This document shows, piece by piece, positions 53,274-64,000 of a stretch of 64,000 nucleotides of DNA (its first letter is position 1; each line of letters starts with the position of its first letter). Made by a program: the position numbers and the translations under genes. Under the pieces are notes generated by a model. That model searched no databases. It saw only the letters and a list, made by a program, of their open reading frames with translations, and had not been told where the DNA came from. The stretch comes from Camelus dromedarius (lineage: Eukaryota), in assembly GCF_036321535.1 (NCBI RefSeq), contig NC_087437.1, positions 96,226,001 through 96,290,000 of the forward strand, in the 5' to 3' direction.

Positions 53274-54614
53274 TTCAGCCATAAAGTACAACTGTTTAGA
53301 TTAAATGTATTGCTAATAAGATCATTAATTTCATATCTGATTTCTAGCTTCTTGATTATAAATTACCTATAACTTATATATGTATACAACTCTGGCAGCA
53401 TCAAAACTATCAAAGGCATTATTAGCACTTTGGCTTTTTTGGGTAGCTCTTAGTAAGAAAATAGTGTATGCTTTAGTTTCTTGGTGAGTTATATTCTATC
53501 ATTTTGTGAATTACACTGCATTCAAATATATGATTTATTTTTATGACATCTTGAATATAAGAGAGCTGAAACACATTAAAGAAGAAAAGTCTTCTCTTAT
53601 TTGTTGGCAAATTGACAAAAGAGACATTGGTTAAAATAATTAATAAGGTGTAATCCTTTTTAAAAGTAGCAATATTAACTTTTAAAACATCAACATGCCT
53701 TGTAGTGATTTCTGGAAATGCACACCCTTAGCTCTTTCATAAACATTTCTTGCCGCATTTCTGGTTTTTTAGCAAGTACACTAACATACTAGTTCAGAAA
53801 AAAATTCTAAAATTTTAACACGAATTTTTTAAGAGCTTATATAAGAATATGTTCTTTTTAGATTCTAAGAAATTTTAATTATACAAAGTAATAAAGAAGT
53901 TATCTTTACATCCTTTTCATATCTGATTTTTCTTATCGATTTTCACTGATGGGCTTTGTGATTTCACACAATAGCTTCTGAATGATCACAATGCCTCTCT
54001 TTCTCATACATACCACACAGTCAAAGCTTTATTTTCAAAATATTACTTTACTTGGTTCTATCTGCTCACAATTAGCTGTGATTTTCTGTTGCTTTCAGGA
54101 CCAAAACAAACTTTTTAGGCGTGCATTGAAGACTTATTATAATCAGATTTCTTCCACTTCTAGTTTTAGCTAAAAGAATAACACAGCTTAACTTTATTAC
54201 AAGCTGAGACATGGACCTAATAAAAGTTCTGTTTTACATAACTTTGCAAGACAGAAAGTAATGTCTACGAATGAGTCATGCCAACTAAACTTAACTATCC
54301 AAGCTCCACCATCCTCCAGTTATGGTGGTTACTTTTCTCTCTGCATGTTTTGGGTTAAATTTCTGCTGATTTTCAATGTCATAGTCATGAGGAAAGCCTT
54401 CACTACCTTGTGTGAAGCCAAGCATTATTACCCCAAAAAACTATGATTACTCTCTCCTCAAAAGACAAAACAGAAAACAAAACAAAAATACTTATTGTTA
54501 CACCAATCATTCTGCATTGCTTCCGTTTTGTATTGTCTGTTTCGATAAAGGCGGAGATCCTATCTGTTTCACTCACTGCTATATCCACAGGCCCGACCCA
54601 GAACTTTTAACATC

Positions 54615-54872
54615 CAGTAGCATAACCAAGGGATTAGGAGCGCAGACTCTGCAGTCAAACAGCCAGAGCTTTCATCTTGAGTTCTGCCTCCTCCTATGCT
54701 TGTAACGGTGGACAAAATACTTAACTTCCCTAGGTCTCAATTCCTCACTAGCAAAACGTGCTGATGATAACACCTATCTTATGGATTGGATATGAGCTTT
54801 AAAGGAGATATTACTTATCAAGTGCATAAAAGTGGCACACAGAAAGCACAATACATGTTAGCTATTTTTATT
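54615..54872 (+). mobile_element. Near full-length MIR
   Basis: ggattaggagcgcagactctgcagtcaaacagcc...ggacaaaatacttaacttccctaggtctcaattcctcac...tggcacacagaaagcacaatacatgttagctatt. Confidence 0.85.
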
Positions 54873-55559
54873 ACACTTACTAGGAGCTCAAGAAATATTG
54901 GTTGAATGCATGATGAGTATCATTTCTTGCTGATATAAAGGTCAACCAATTGTGAATGACTGCAAGACAGCAAATTTGCCGTATTTATCTCTTAGGGCTT
55001 TCTCATGGGCTATATGTAGAATCTGGGGCAAGTATTCGACTGAGATGCATGAGAGAGTAACATTACACAGAAACTTTCTCTGCTTAACTTTGCCAATTAA
55101 AAACGTGAGAAATAATGATTTGGATGATAACTTCAGAAAAGTTGCTGGTGATATATTTAATGTCTAACAAAAATGTTTCCTGCAGTTAACCTATATTCTA
55201 CATGACATGTTTAGCTCTAAGTTATAAACACTGAATAAAAACAACATATTTTGCAGACATTTCTAATTCATCTCAAAAAACTGAATTCTGGCTATAGTTT
55301 TATCTCTAGTTCTTGTTTGACTTTTGAAAAGTCTCTTCATCACTCTGAGTTTTCTCAAAAGCTAAAAGAGGGAAAAATAAACTTAATTTATAAAGTCCTT
55401 TCTGGATCAAACACACATGAAAAATTATTCTATGTAAATTAAAGATACTTATATTGTACATTAATTCTGATTTCTCATTGAGGACACAAAATCAGAAATT
55501 GTATATTGCCTCACCATTAAAAAAAAAAAGATTCACACACATTAGCACATTTCACAGAA

Positions 55560-55695
55560 ATAGTCATTTAACAGTTGAGGAAACTGACCGTTAGTCAGTG
55601 AAATTATTTGCTCAAAGTCAGTTTGCCACTAAAGAGAAAAACCAAAGAATTCAAACCTTGATCTGACTCTCAACCTGGCATTTTCCCCCTTGCTC
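55560..55695 (-). mobile_element. MIR fragment
   Basis: catttaacagttgaggaaactga...atttgctcaaagtca...gaattcaaacc..gatctgactc. Confidence 0.7.
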
Positions 55696-56026
55696 TGTGG
55701 TACCCCTTCCCCACTGCAAAATACTTAGTTTACTCTTTTAATGTTAACTTAGGACACACAAGCCACATAATTTACATCATTTGAATAGAATATAATTTCA
55801 CATTGAGCAAACATTTAGTTACACCTTGTGGTAAAATTTCACTTCAGGTTAGATAAAGTCACTTATATAGGCAACACCATGGGAGACAGAGACAACGTGA
55901 GAGCTATTTATGTCTGGCTCTAGTAAGAAAAAGTGTTCAATTAAAAATTACTGATTACATAATATTTGAACCCAAAAGAAATCTGAAATCTCACTTGCCA
56001 AAATTTCTCCCTCTTTTTTTTAAGGA

Positions 56027-56085
56027 GTGTGAAAGAGTGTCAAGAATAGTAATAGGAACATTGCATTGTGTGTGTGTGTGTGTGT
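56027..56085. repeat. Short (TG)n microsatellite; the pure run is at about 56067-56085
   Basis: tgtgtgtgtgtgtgtgtgt read directly. Confidence 0.7.
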
Positions 56086-57529
56086 ATAATTATATACAAC
56101 TTATATATATAGAATTTTAACTTTTTGGTTGTTTTGGGTTCCCTGATCAGAAATACAAGTAATTCTGCATTCTACACTATGATTGCAATTTTTGTTTCCA
56201 TAGGAAAAACTAAAAATGAAATATTGCTTGGGAGGCATCAATTGAATTAATCTTAGCTGCTAATAAAAGGGACTACCTTTCAAAGATAGCATACCTTTAC
56301 AAGCAAATAGTACATTTCCTTTTTTTAAAACTCTGTGACAAAGTTTCAGATATAGACTGTAAAAGTTGAGTAAGAACAATGGTCTGGAGGTACAAAGGTA
56401 ATTTTAGAATATCTATAGGACTCCAGCTAGGTACAGAGAGTACATGAACCCAAGTAATGAGCTCAGCTGCAGTGAGAAAGGTAAGCTTTGTAGTAGAAGA
56501 GGTTTTAGGATGGTAAGTTTAATGCTCCTGCATGTAAAGTTCCTTGTGTGGTTCATGGGAATCAGTAGATGCTCACTGAGCATTATCTCATTTTAATTTC
56601 CCCTTAAAGATCCTTGAAATTGGAGATTATAATGAAGGTCTATTTTATTTAAGAAATTCTTACGACATGTCTCCAACATGCCAGACATTGCATTAAAAGC
56701 TGGGGATACATGCCTTCACAGGGCTTCGAGCCTAGGGAAATGATTCTCAGATGGAAGGCATAAGGTCTGCCTTGACATAAGTGTGGATCAGAACCACCTT
56801 TAAGGCTTTCTGTAGCTAATGCACACGTTACCCTGGTCCTAAGGTTTGATATGCACACATTTCTGAGCACAGTGCTATCTTTTCCCAATTAGAAATAACT
56901 GCTGCAATACACTAGTCCTGTGAGGTCTTACTACACAGGGGTGTTGAAATTTAAAAACAAAGAAAAACAAACACACTTCCAGGATTCTCAGTTATTGGGG
57001 TGCTCAGAACTTTTTAAGTTCTCATTTTCATTGGATCTTTGCCTAAGGAGAGATTGTGAATATTATGAGCATTATGGATTTATATCAAAAATACTTTAAA
57101 TATATATAAAATGATTGACTGCCTCTGTTAAGAGAAACTTTAAAAAGCTCACCTTTGGCAACCATTCATCAACACTTGACTCCTGTCTGCAACAATCTAC
57201 CAACCAGTCTTCCAGCCTATTTATAGGATGAGTGACTTCTTCCATCTTTGAACATCTCTATTATCTTCTATATATGATGAAACAAAACATTCCTTCCAGA
57301 AGTTTCTACTAATGCTATTACTCCTTGTGCCAGCCAGAAAAATACACACTCTCTCGTGCAAGACAGCCTTTTGAATTTTAGGTATCCTATGAATTATGTT
57401 ATTTTTATGTCAACTATTTCTAACAACAACAAACTATATATAACATAATAGCAGTTATTCAATCTAAGGGTTTAAAGGAGAATAAAAGCTTCGCTGATTA
57501 ATTTACCTAAATTTGGTATGTTGCTTCAT

Positions 57530-58078
57530 TGTTTGAAACTATCCAATGGCTTCTCATTCAGTCACTTAAAATAAAATTTATTTCTATGGTTTTCGAGATT
57601 TTGGATAATCTGTCCAACTTCTCATTCATCCTCTTTAAACCACATGGTCCTTTTTTTAATTTGCTCAACGTAACTGCCTAATTACCAGTGTGTCTGTTCT
57701 TCTATTGTAACTTCATGGAATGCCCTTCATTTTTCAGGGCCAATCATTCCTGACTTTTAAGATAGATCAAATATTCCCTCAAAGATGTCTTCTTGCGCAA
57801 ACAATGTAAAGTAGCTCTCTGCCCACCAGAAACCTTTTAAAATTACTCTTATTTGTTTTTATTCTTTGTTTTCATTTCTTTTACTTTTAGTACTTTTTAA
57901 CTTTCTCTATCACATTTTTGTTAGCTGATTTATTGTCTTCTAGTTTCCAGGAGCATGTATGCTCCATGAGAACAAGAACTGGTTCTCCCTTTTTCCAAAA
58001 TATATACCCCAAGCTCCACCAGACAGCACCTGAGATCCTGGATGTGCTCGAAGAATGGTTTTTAATGAATGATGAAAC
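57530..58078 (+). mobile_element. L2 3' end fragment
   Basis: tccaatggcttctcatt...aaataaaat...tgtatgctccatgagaacaagaac...acagcacctg...gtgctc...aatgaatgatgaa, the typical L2 terminus. Confidence 0.7.
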
Positions 58079-61000
58079 ATCCAACAGATGCTTAAAATTC
58101 TTTGGCAGTTATTTCATAGCACAGTTATTAGTAAAACAATTGTATGAAGAATGGAAAGGCCAACTAATTTGAAATATAGCACTCTATTACACTGAGAAAC
58201 AAAGTAATGTTGTTAGGTTTATATATCAGCAGTTAGCTCTGAAATGTAGGTTATATCAACAAAATACTGTAAATGTTAAGGCTCAGAATATTTAATACAC
58301 AAATGCTACTATGGAGATGGAGCTAAAATAAAGAAATCAGCAAATCCTGACCAGCAATCTAGACATTTGATTTACATATTATCATTATAAATTTCCCTCT
58401 GTAAATCAGTAACATGAAAAAATAATCTCTCTCTGCACCAAAATAAATGAAATAATTCTAGAAGAATATTTAAAACAAATATGAAGACTATAGGAGAACA
58501 AAGTAAAGATTTGAGTTTTGCTGCTTTTGAAATATTAACTCATTATTTTGGCAACTATGGTGATTTCTAATCACAGGTGTTATTGAAATAAAATAATGAC
58601 AATAAAAATGTATTTGCATATGTACTCAAATATACTATTTACATTATTCTAATGACAATTCTGATAGGTAAGGAGGAAAACTGTTTGTCCTCTATTTTAA
58701 AAATTAGAAAATTTAGGCATATAAACTTCAACCTGAAAGTATACAGTTTGTTTTTATACTGTTATAAAATATGGCATAGTGGAATCTGGAATATTATATT
58801 CAGTTTTACTTTCTGTTTATCAAGAAAGGAATTACAGGTATAAAAATTGAAAAGGTGACATACATAAACTTGAACTCTTCATGTGTAAAAATAATAACTT
58901 TAGAAGAATATCGTTTAAGGCTAGAAAACCACGAAGAACATGAATCAGTGAACATGGAAATATCCAGCAATTCCTAAAATATCAATGTTAAAGGAGAACA
59001 CTTGAAACCTAAATAAAATACCTCTAGAATAAGAGGGGCAAAGGCCATTTAGTCATGCAATTATAAGGAAATACATGGAAACTGGTTATTCCAAGAAACC
59101 AGCAGATAATAAATTCTGAGAAAAAGCAAAAATTGAAAAAAAAAAAATTGAGTCTACTCTAATGCCCTAATTTTAAGATTAGAAAAATAGCACTTTGTTA
59201 TCCAGAGTCTTGGAATTCATTGGTAGCAAAAGTTTAGACCATATTCAAAACCTAGCATACTCTTTACCAGCTGTATTACAGAGGTTACAACTTTCTACAA
59301 AGAGACAGCATAAAGATTCAATTTTTCAAATCATGATGTATGAATCTACAAAGGGAAATTAAAGTAAGCAGTGGGTATACTACCAAAATGGAAACTGCTC
59401 CCACAAAGTTTTCCTTAATAGGGTCAATGACTAAATGCTCAATGTCACAATTAAGCTTTTAGTGGCAGAGATGTTATTATAATTTAGGCCTCATGGTCTG
59501 GATACAGAAATTTACACTAGATACTATAAATTTATAATTACAATTTGCTCATTTGTGGACTGAAATCTGCCTGAGAGCAAGCTGTGTGTGTGTGTCTATG
59601 TGTGTGTTTGTGTTTCGGCTCACTAATGTTTTTAAGTTATTGGAATAACTGATACCATTTACAATTTTGACATTTTCACATAGAAATTTGGATTTTCAAA
59701 TCAAGGTCTGTCTTTCTCCAAAGTACACACTTTCTCTTTCATCACTCTGCCTACACAAGTCTGAACAACAGTACAACTGGAGACCTACTGCTCCTTCCAA
59801 CATTACTGAACACCGTGCCAGTCTCCAGCCTGAATCCTGACAGTACCCACATCCCAGGAGATCGAAGCATATCATGGTATCTTTATTGGTTTTCAGAATA
59901 AGATGACTCTCAGGCCAGAAAAATGAAATTGTGATCAAAGTAGCCTTTATCTGTGAAAATTTAAGAAAAAAATGAGAATTTGGTTTTAAAGAAGTTACAT
60001 CTAAATAACTTCAAAACCCAGAAAGAAGTAAATATTTGGCCCATTGCTATTTTTACATTTAGGCAATCTGAGGCAAATATGGCAAAGTCCTTTCCCCAAG
60101 GCCACACACATTGAGGCAATTAGAGTCCGGGGGAAAAACTGTCATGAGTATCTACTACCAGTCTCTGCTTTCTCTAACCGGTCATGATTTCTCTGAGACA
60201 GTAATTTGCTTCCTAAAAGTACATATTTCACAAGCAATTAGATGTCAAACATTTCCACAGGTCCATGGCCTTATTTCTTGTATTTCTTTGCAGATAAATT
60301 GGTACCTGCCTAACAGTAATCTCACTGATGCTTTACACTATTAGATTGGATAATTGGGAAAATATTCATTTTCCCCTAGAAAGCAAATATTGACTGAGTA
60401 ATATGAATAATTATAAATGATAGTTCCTTATATTTCAAGAGCTATTTACAACCAAGCTTAATGTATGACTTCACAACAATAAAAGACTTGGAGAAAAATG
60501 CCTATTTCCAAACACCATTTTATGGAAAAAGATGCTGAGATTGTTGTCTTGAGTTACAGAGAGGCTGGAATTGGTGTCCTCTGCAGCAAGTCCATTTATT
60601 TTTCTAACAGAGTAACATGACTTTTCCATTCGATGTGTGTGTTTATTGCTCAGTGTGCATGTGCACTGGCCAGGGAGGTATGTATTTCTGTATCAGACTC
60701 TGTGCTCAGAGTCTTCAAAACGCCAGAAACTAACTTTATCATTATTTTTCTCAGCATTATTCTAAAACCAACTGCAATCCTAGGAGGTTAATAAATGTGT
60801 TTCCCAATGTATACACACTTTAAAATTATTCTTTTATTTAAAAATCTAATGTACCTAAATTTTGCCCAGATCTTCTCTTGGCCTTCTTTACACAGTAGAA
60901 AATAAATTTTTGGTAACTGGAGCATACTTTGGTATCAAACAGCTACTTTTTAAATGTAGAATATTATATATGATCAACACGTAGAAGGTGTTGTCTGACT

Positions 61001-64000
61001 TTAATTAAAAATAAGGAAAAAAAAAGAAACAGATGAAAAAACATTACTGGTGAGGAAATCCTAACAGAAATGGGGTGATTTTGATGGTGAAATCTGCCAG
61101 TCTCAGCCTTGTATAAATGCAGTCATTGTTGCCAGGTTTGATTAATGACAGTTGTACAATCATGTGCTGACAGTCCCCACTATAAAGATACCTTTTTTTT
61201 CTGATATGAAACAGTGCTGAAAAATGCAACCCAATCAGATTTGGCCCCCGGACAACATGTGCTATCATCACTGTACCGTGAATTGAGATTGATTGGTAAC
61301 CAGCTGTGACAAAGTGGGAAAAGAAGCTCTGGTTTTTCTGTTATTTTTTTCCCAAAGGAAAAAAAAAAAAAAAAGAAAAAGGGAACTGAATTGTGTCAAA
61401 ACCATTACCATCTGTTTGGCTAAATAATAAACAAAACAAAGTAAATTTCTTTTAATACTTAAAACAATAGTTTGTATGCAAGGTTCTGTTTGTGTGTGAT
61501 CTTCTATTTAATAGATAATCTTAAAAGTGTCTCAAAAGAGAAAATATTATTGATCTTTAAGAAGCAGAGGACTACATGCTAAAATCAGTTCCAAAATTAA
61601 ATGAAAGAATCTATTTTATTTCTTCCTCCTGAAGAAACTTTCACTCATAACTAGTGGAAAAATTTCCTATAAATCTAAATTCACATTGAAAATCTCAAGC
61701 ATAATTTTTGAAACTGGCAAAATTTTACAACATAACTATGTTTTATACATTTCTCATATGCTGCAATCCCCAATGCATCTCAGGCTTCTAGGGTAGGAAC
61801 TTCTTATGATTTTTCTGGCTTTTATGAAAATAATTAAGATAATTCGGGGACCGCCCCCTCCAAAACTTCCACAACAGCTATAGAATTTGGGAGGAGAAAA
61901 GAATGAAAGAAAATATACTACATTTTCTATTACAAGCTAGAATTTTACCATGTCGGTTCAAGTCCCTGTATCTCATTGCCTTGTTTGAATTATGTGAGGG
62001 CTCTAAACTAATAAAACTTCCTGAATGGCTGTTCTCATCTCAAAAGCACCTTTGTTTTTCACGGAAGGAAATTTATTTTCTCAGCATTTTTAGTTTTTGA
62101 AATCACCTACTTCTTCTTATTATAAGATGTCTGGCTCCAATTCTAGAACAAGTGTTTTGAATTAGCACTTAAATTTTTATTTTGTATCTGCTTTATTAAT
62201 CATTAGGTTGGCCAATTGTAAAAACCATGAATTGAACCAGGAAACATTTAATGTCTACACAAGTAAATGTTTTTTTTCCTTTTAGGGAGACTTGAAATGT
62301 TTGTTTTTAATTTTCAAAATACTCGCACTCTATCCAAATAGCTAAAGATCACCTTACACCTTATAGATTCTTTCAGAAAATAAATATCTGCAATAAAAGG
62401 CATTCTGTAGTTCCAAATTCAATAAAAATTTAACTATGGAGATCTTACATGAAAATGTTACAAACTCTATTGCCTTGCTTTCCAACAGAAGGATTTTTAG
62501 GATAAAAATTACTTATTAATCCTATGGAATCATTCACTGATAATTAGAGACACACCTATTACCTCATCAATACCACTATGTGGGTTTCAGGGAACATGGA
62601 GATCCAGCCCTTTAGAATTCAGTAATGTTTTTCAAGCTAAAAATGAGTGCATTTTAACAACTCATAACTGAATTTAAGGCACTCTTCTATAAAACATAAA
62701 CCTTCTTGGAGAAACTTAAATCTTTTGCTTCTTTCATTCTTGGCAGTTGAAAGTAGGAAGAGGTGATCAATTTCCCTAAAACAATCTCTCTGCTCACAAT
62801 ATTTCAAATAAAACAAAATCCTCCCACCGATAATACTTGAAATTGTTATTAAAAATCACATAAGCACTTCTTGGTAGCCTAAATCCCCAGCGATATTTTC
62901 TTCGTCTTTAACAGTTAAGATACATCCTAAAGTCAAGCTTTTAAATCACAGTTGAGATCTGGGACCCTGAAATGAACACAAGAGGCCATTATTTTGCCGG
63001 CAAAGGGCTATCAAGTGAAGTTTCCTGTACTCTACAGCCTACGTGAGTAACATTTTCTTTTTACCTACGATTATAATGCAGGCTAATGTTTATAGTTTGG
63101 GTGAAGAAATCTTTATTTTTTCAGGGTTCTGGTCACAAGCATTTCTGGGCAGGGCACCTAAGAGCAGTGAAGAACAGATGTCCTTTAAAAAATGAAAATT
63201 AACGTAACACTCATTGAGGAAGGAAAGGACACAAGAATCTTGGGAGATCAGACTTATAGGGAAATAGTAAGAGACACAGTGTTCTCCGAAAATAACTTGC
63301 TGTTCTGTTCTGGAAGCTTGTGCTGAAAGCCAAAATGAAACTTGAAACATGATGGCATTCTGACTCTGTCTTAATTGACCAGACAATATTGTATCCTTTT
63401 TTGGCTTTCCCTAAATGCTACCCTTATCTCCACCACAGTCATAGGTGACTCTATCCTTGTAAGCTTGACCCATTGATGAAAAACCCCTCTACTAGTCTCT
63501 CTAAGACTCAGCACAGCTGAGAGAGCATGGCATTTTCCAACTAAATAGCTAAGAGAAAATAAACAAACAAAAAGATGGCCAAAATACCCACAATAGTGTA
63601 ACAATAGTTGATTTAATAAAAGGCTGATTTCAGATCACAGGATAACTAAGCCCAAAAGACAATGCATCCAACCACTGCCAGGGATCCCAGACACCGACCA
63701 TCTTGGAACCACAGCCCTCTCTGGAGATCAGGCAATTAAACCAAACCACAGCTGAGCCCTTCCAGAAAGTCCAAAGCACCCTGCTCACCCCAAACTAGAA
63801 GTGCCTCCAAGTTTTAACCACTGAGGATATGGTCGTCTTTTGAGTCTCCCTGTCTCTCCCATCTTCTATATCTATGACAGACATTGGAGACTCCAAGGAT
63901 TAACTCTCTTGACAGATCTGTGGACATCCATGAAGTTCACAGCCTGTTATCCTTGGTCACCATCCAAGTTCTCACCTTCTCTTGTCATCTTAGTCCCTCA

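Larger units (their letters stand above)
1..64000 (-). other. ROBO2: Internal portion of the ROBO2 gene (about intron 5 to intron 15); 5' and 3' ends lie outside the window
   Basis: Eleven minus-strand exons with canonical AG/GT ends and compatible phases splice into a continuous Ig-Ig-Ig-FN3-FN3-FN3 peptide I recognise as ROBO2. Confidence 0.97.

Noticed and set aside
1091..63604. The many 60-137 aa ORFs in the track as independent genes
   Set aside because: Apart from those overlapping ROBO2 exons, they are low-complexity, antisense or off-frame shadows of exons, or they lie in repeats. None resembles a known protein.
1..64000. A novel multi-gene or prokaryote-style system (CRISPR array, operon, defence island)
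   Set aside because: The sequence is mammalian intron/exon DNA. I saw no regularly spaced repeat-spacer array and no long ORFs, and all recognisable coding signal belongs to ROBO2.
62960..64000. Possible ERV/LTR remnant at the window end
   Set aside because: GC content rises and the text looks LTR-like, but I could not identify termini, a primer-binding site or a family with confidence.

Overview
Mammalian genomic DNA, AT-rich and mostly intronic. Two tRNA-derived SINEs of the camelid Vic-1 type suggest a camel, alpaca or llama. The window lies entirely inside ROBO2 (Roundabout 2, the Slit receptor) on the minus strand. I mapped 10 constitutive coding exons by hand, all with GT-AG boundaries (about exons 6-15 in human numbering, recalled). 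They encode the end of Ig3, Ig4, Ig5, FN3-1, FN3-2 and the first half of FN3-3. A 12-nt frame-preserving microexon at 48399-48410 is invisible to the ORF track, inserts RPVA into the Ig3-Ig4 linker, and matches the known NOVA-regulated exon 6b. Together the 11 exons (1534 nt) splice in frame at every junction. The introns carry MIR, L2, L1, MaLR (MLT1) LTRs, MER5A, SINEs and microsatellites, including a three-level nest (L1 fragment inside a SINE inside a MIR). I found no previously undescribed biological system. The remaining candidates (cryptic splice sites, enhancer-like motif clusters) are hypotheses. Repeat family names are from recalled consensus sequences, not from a search.
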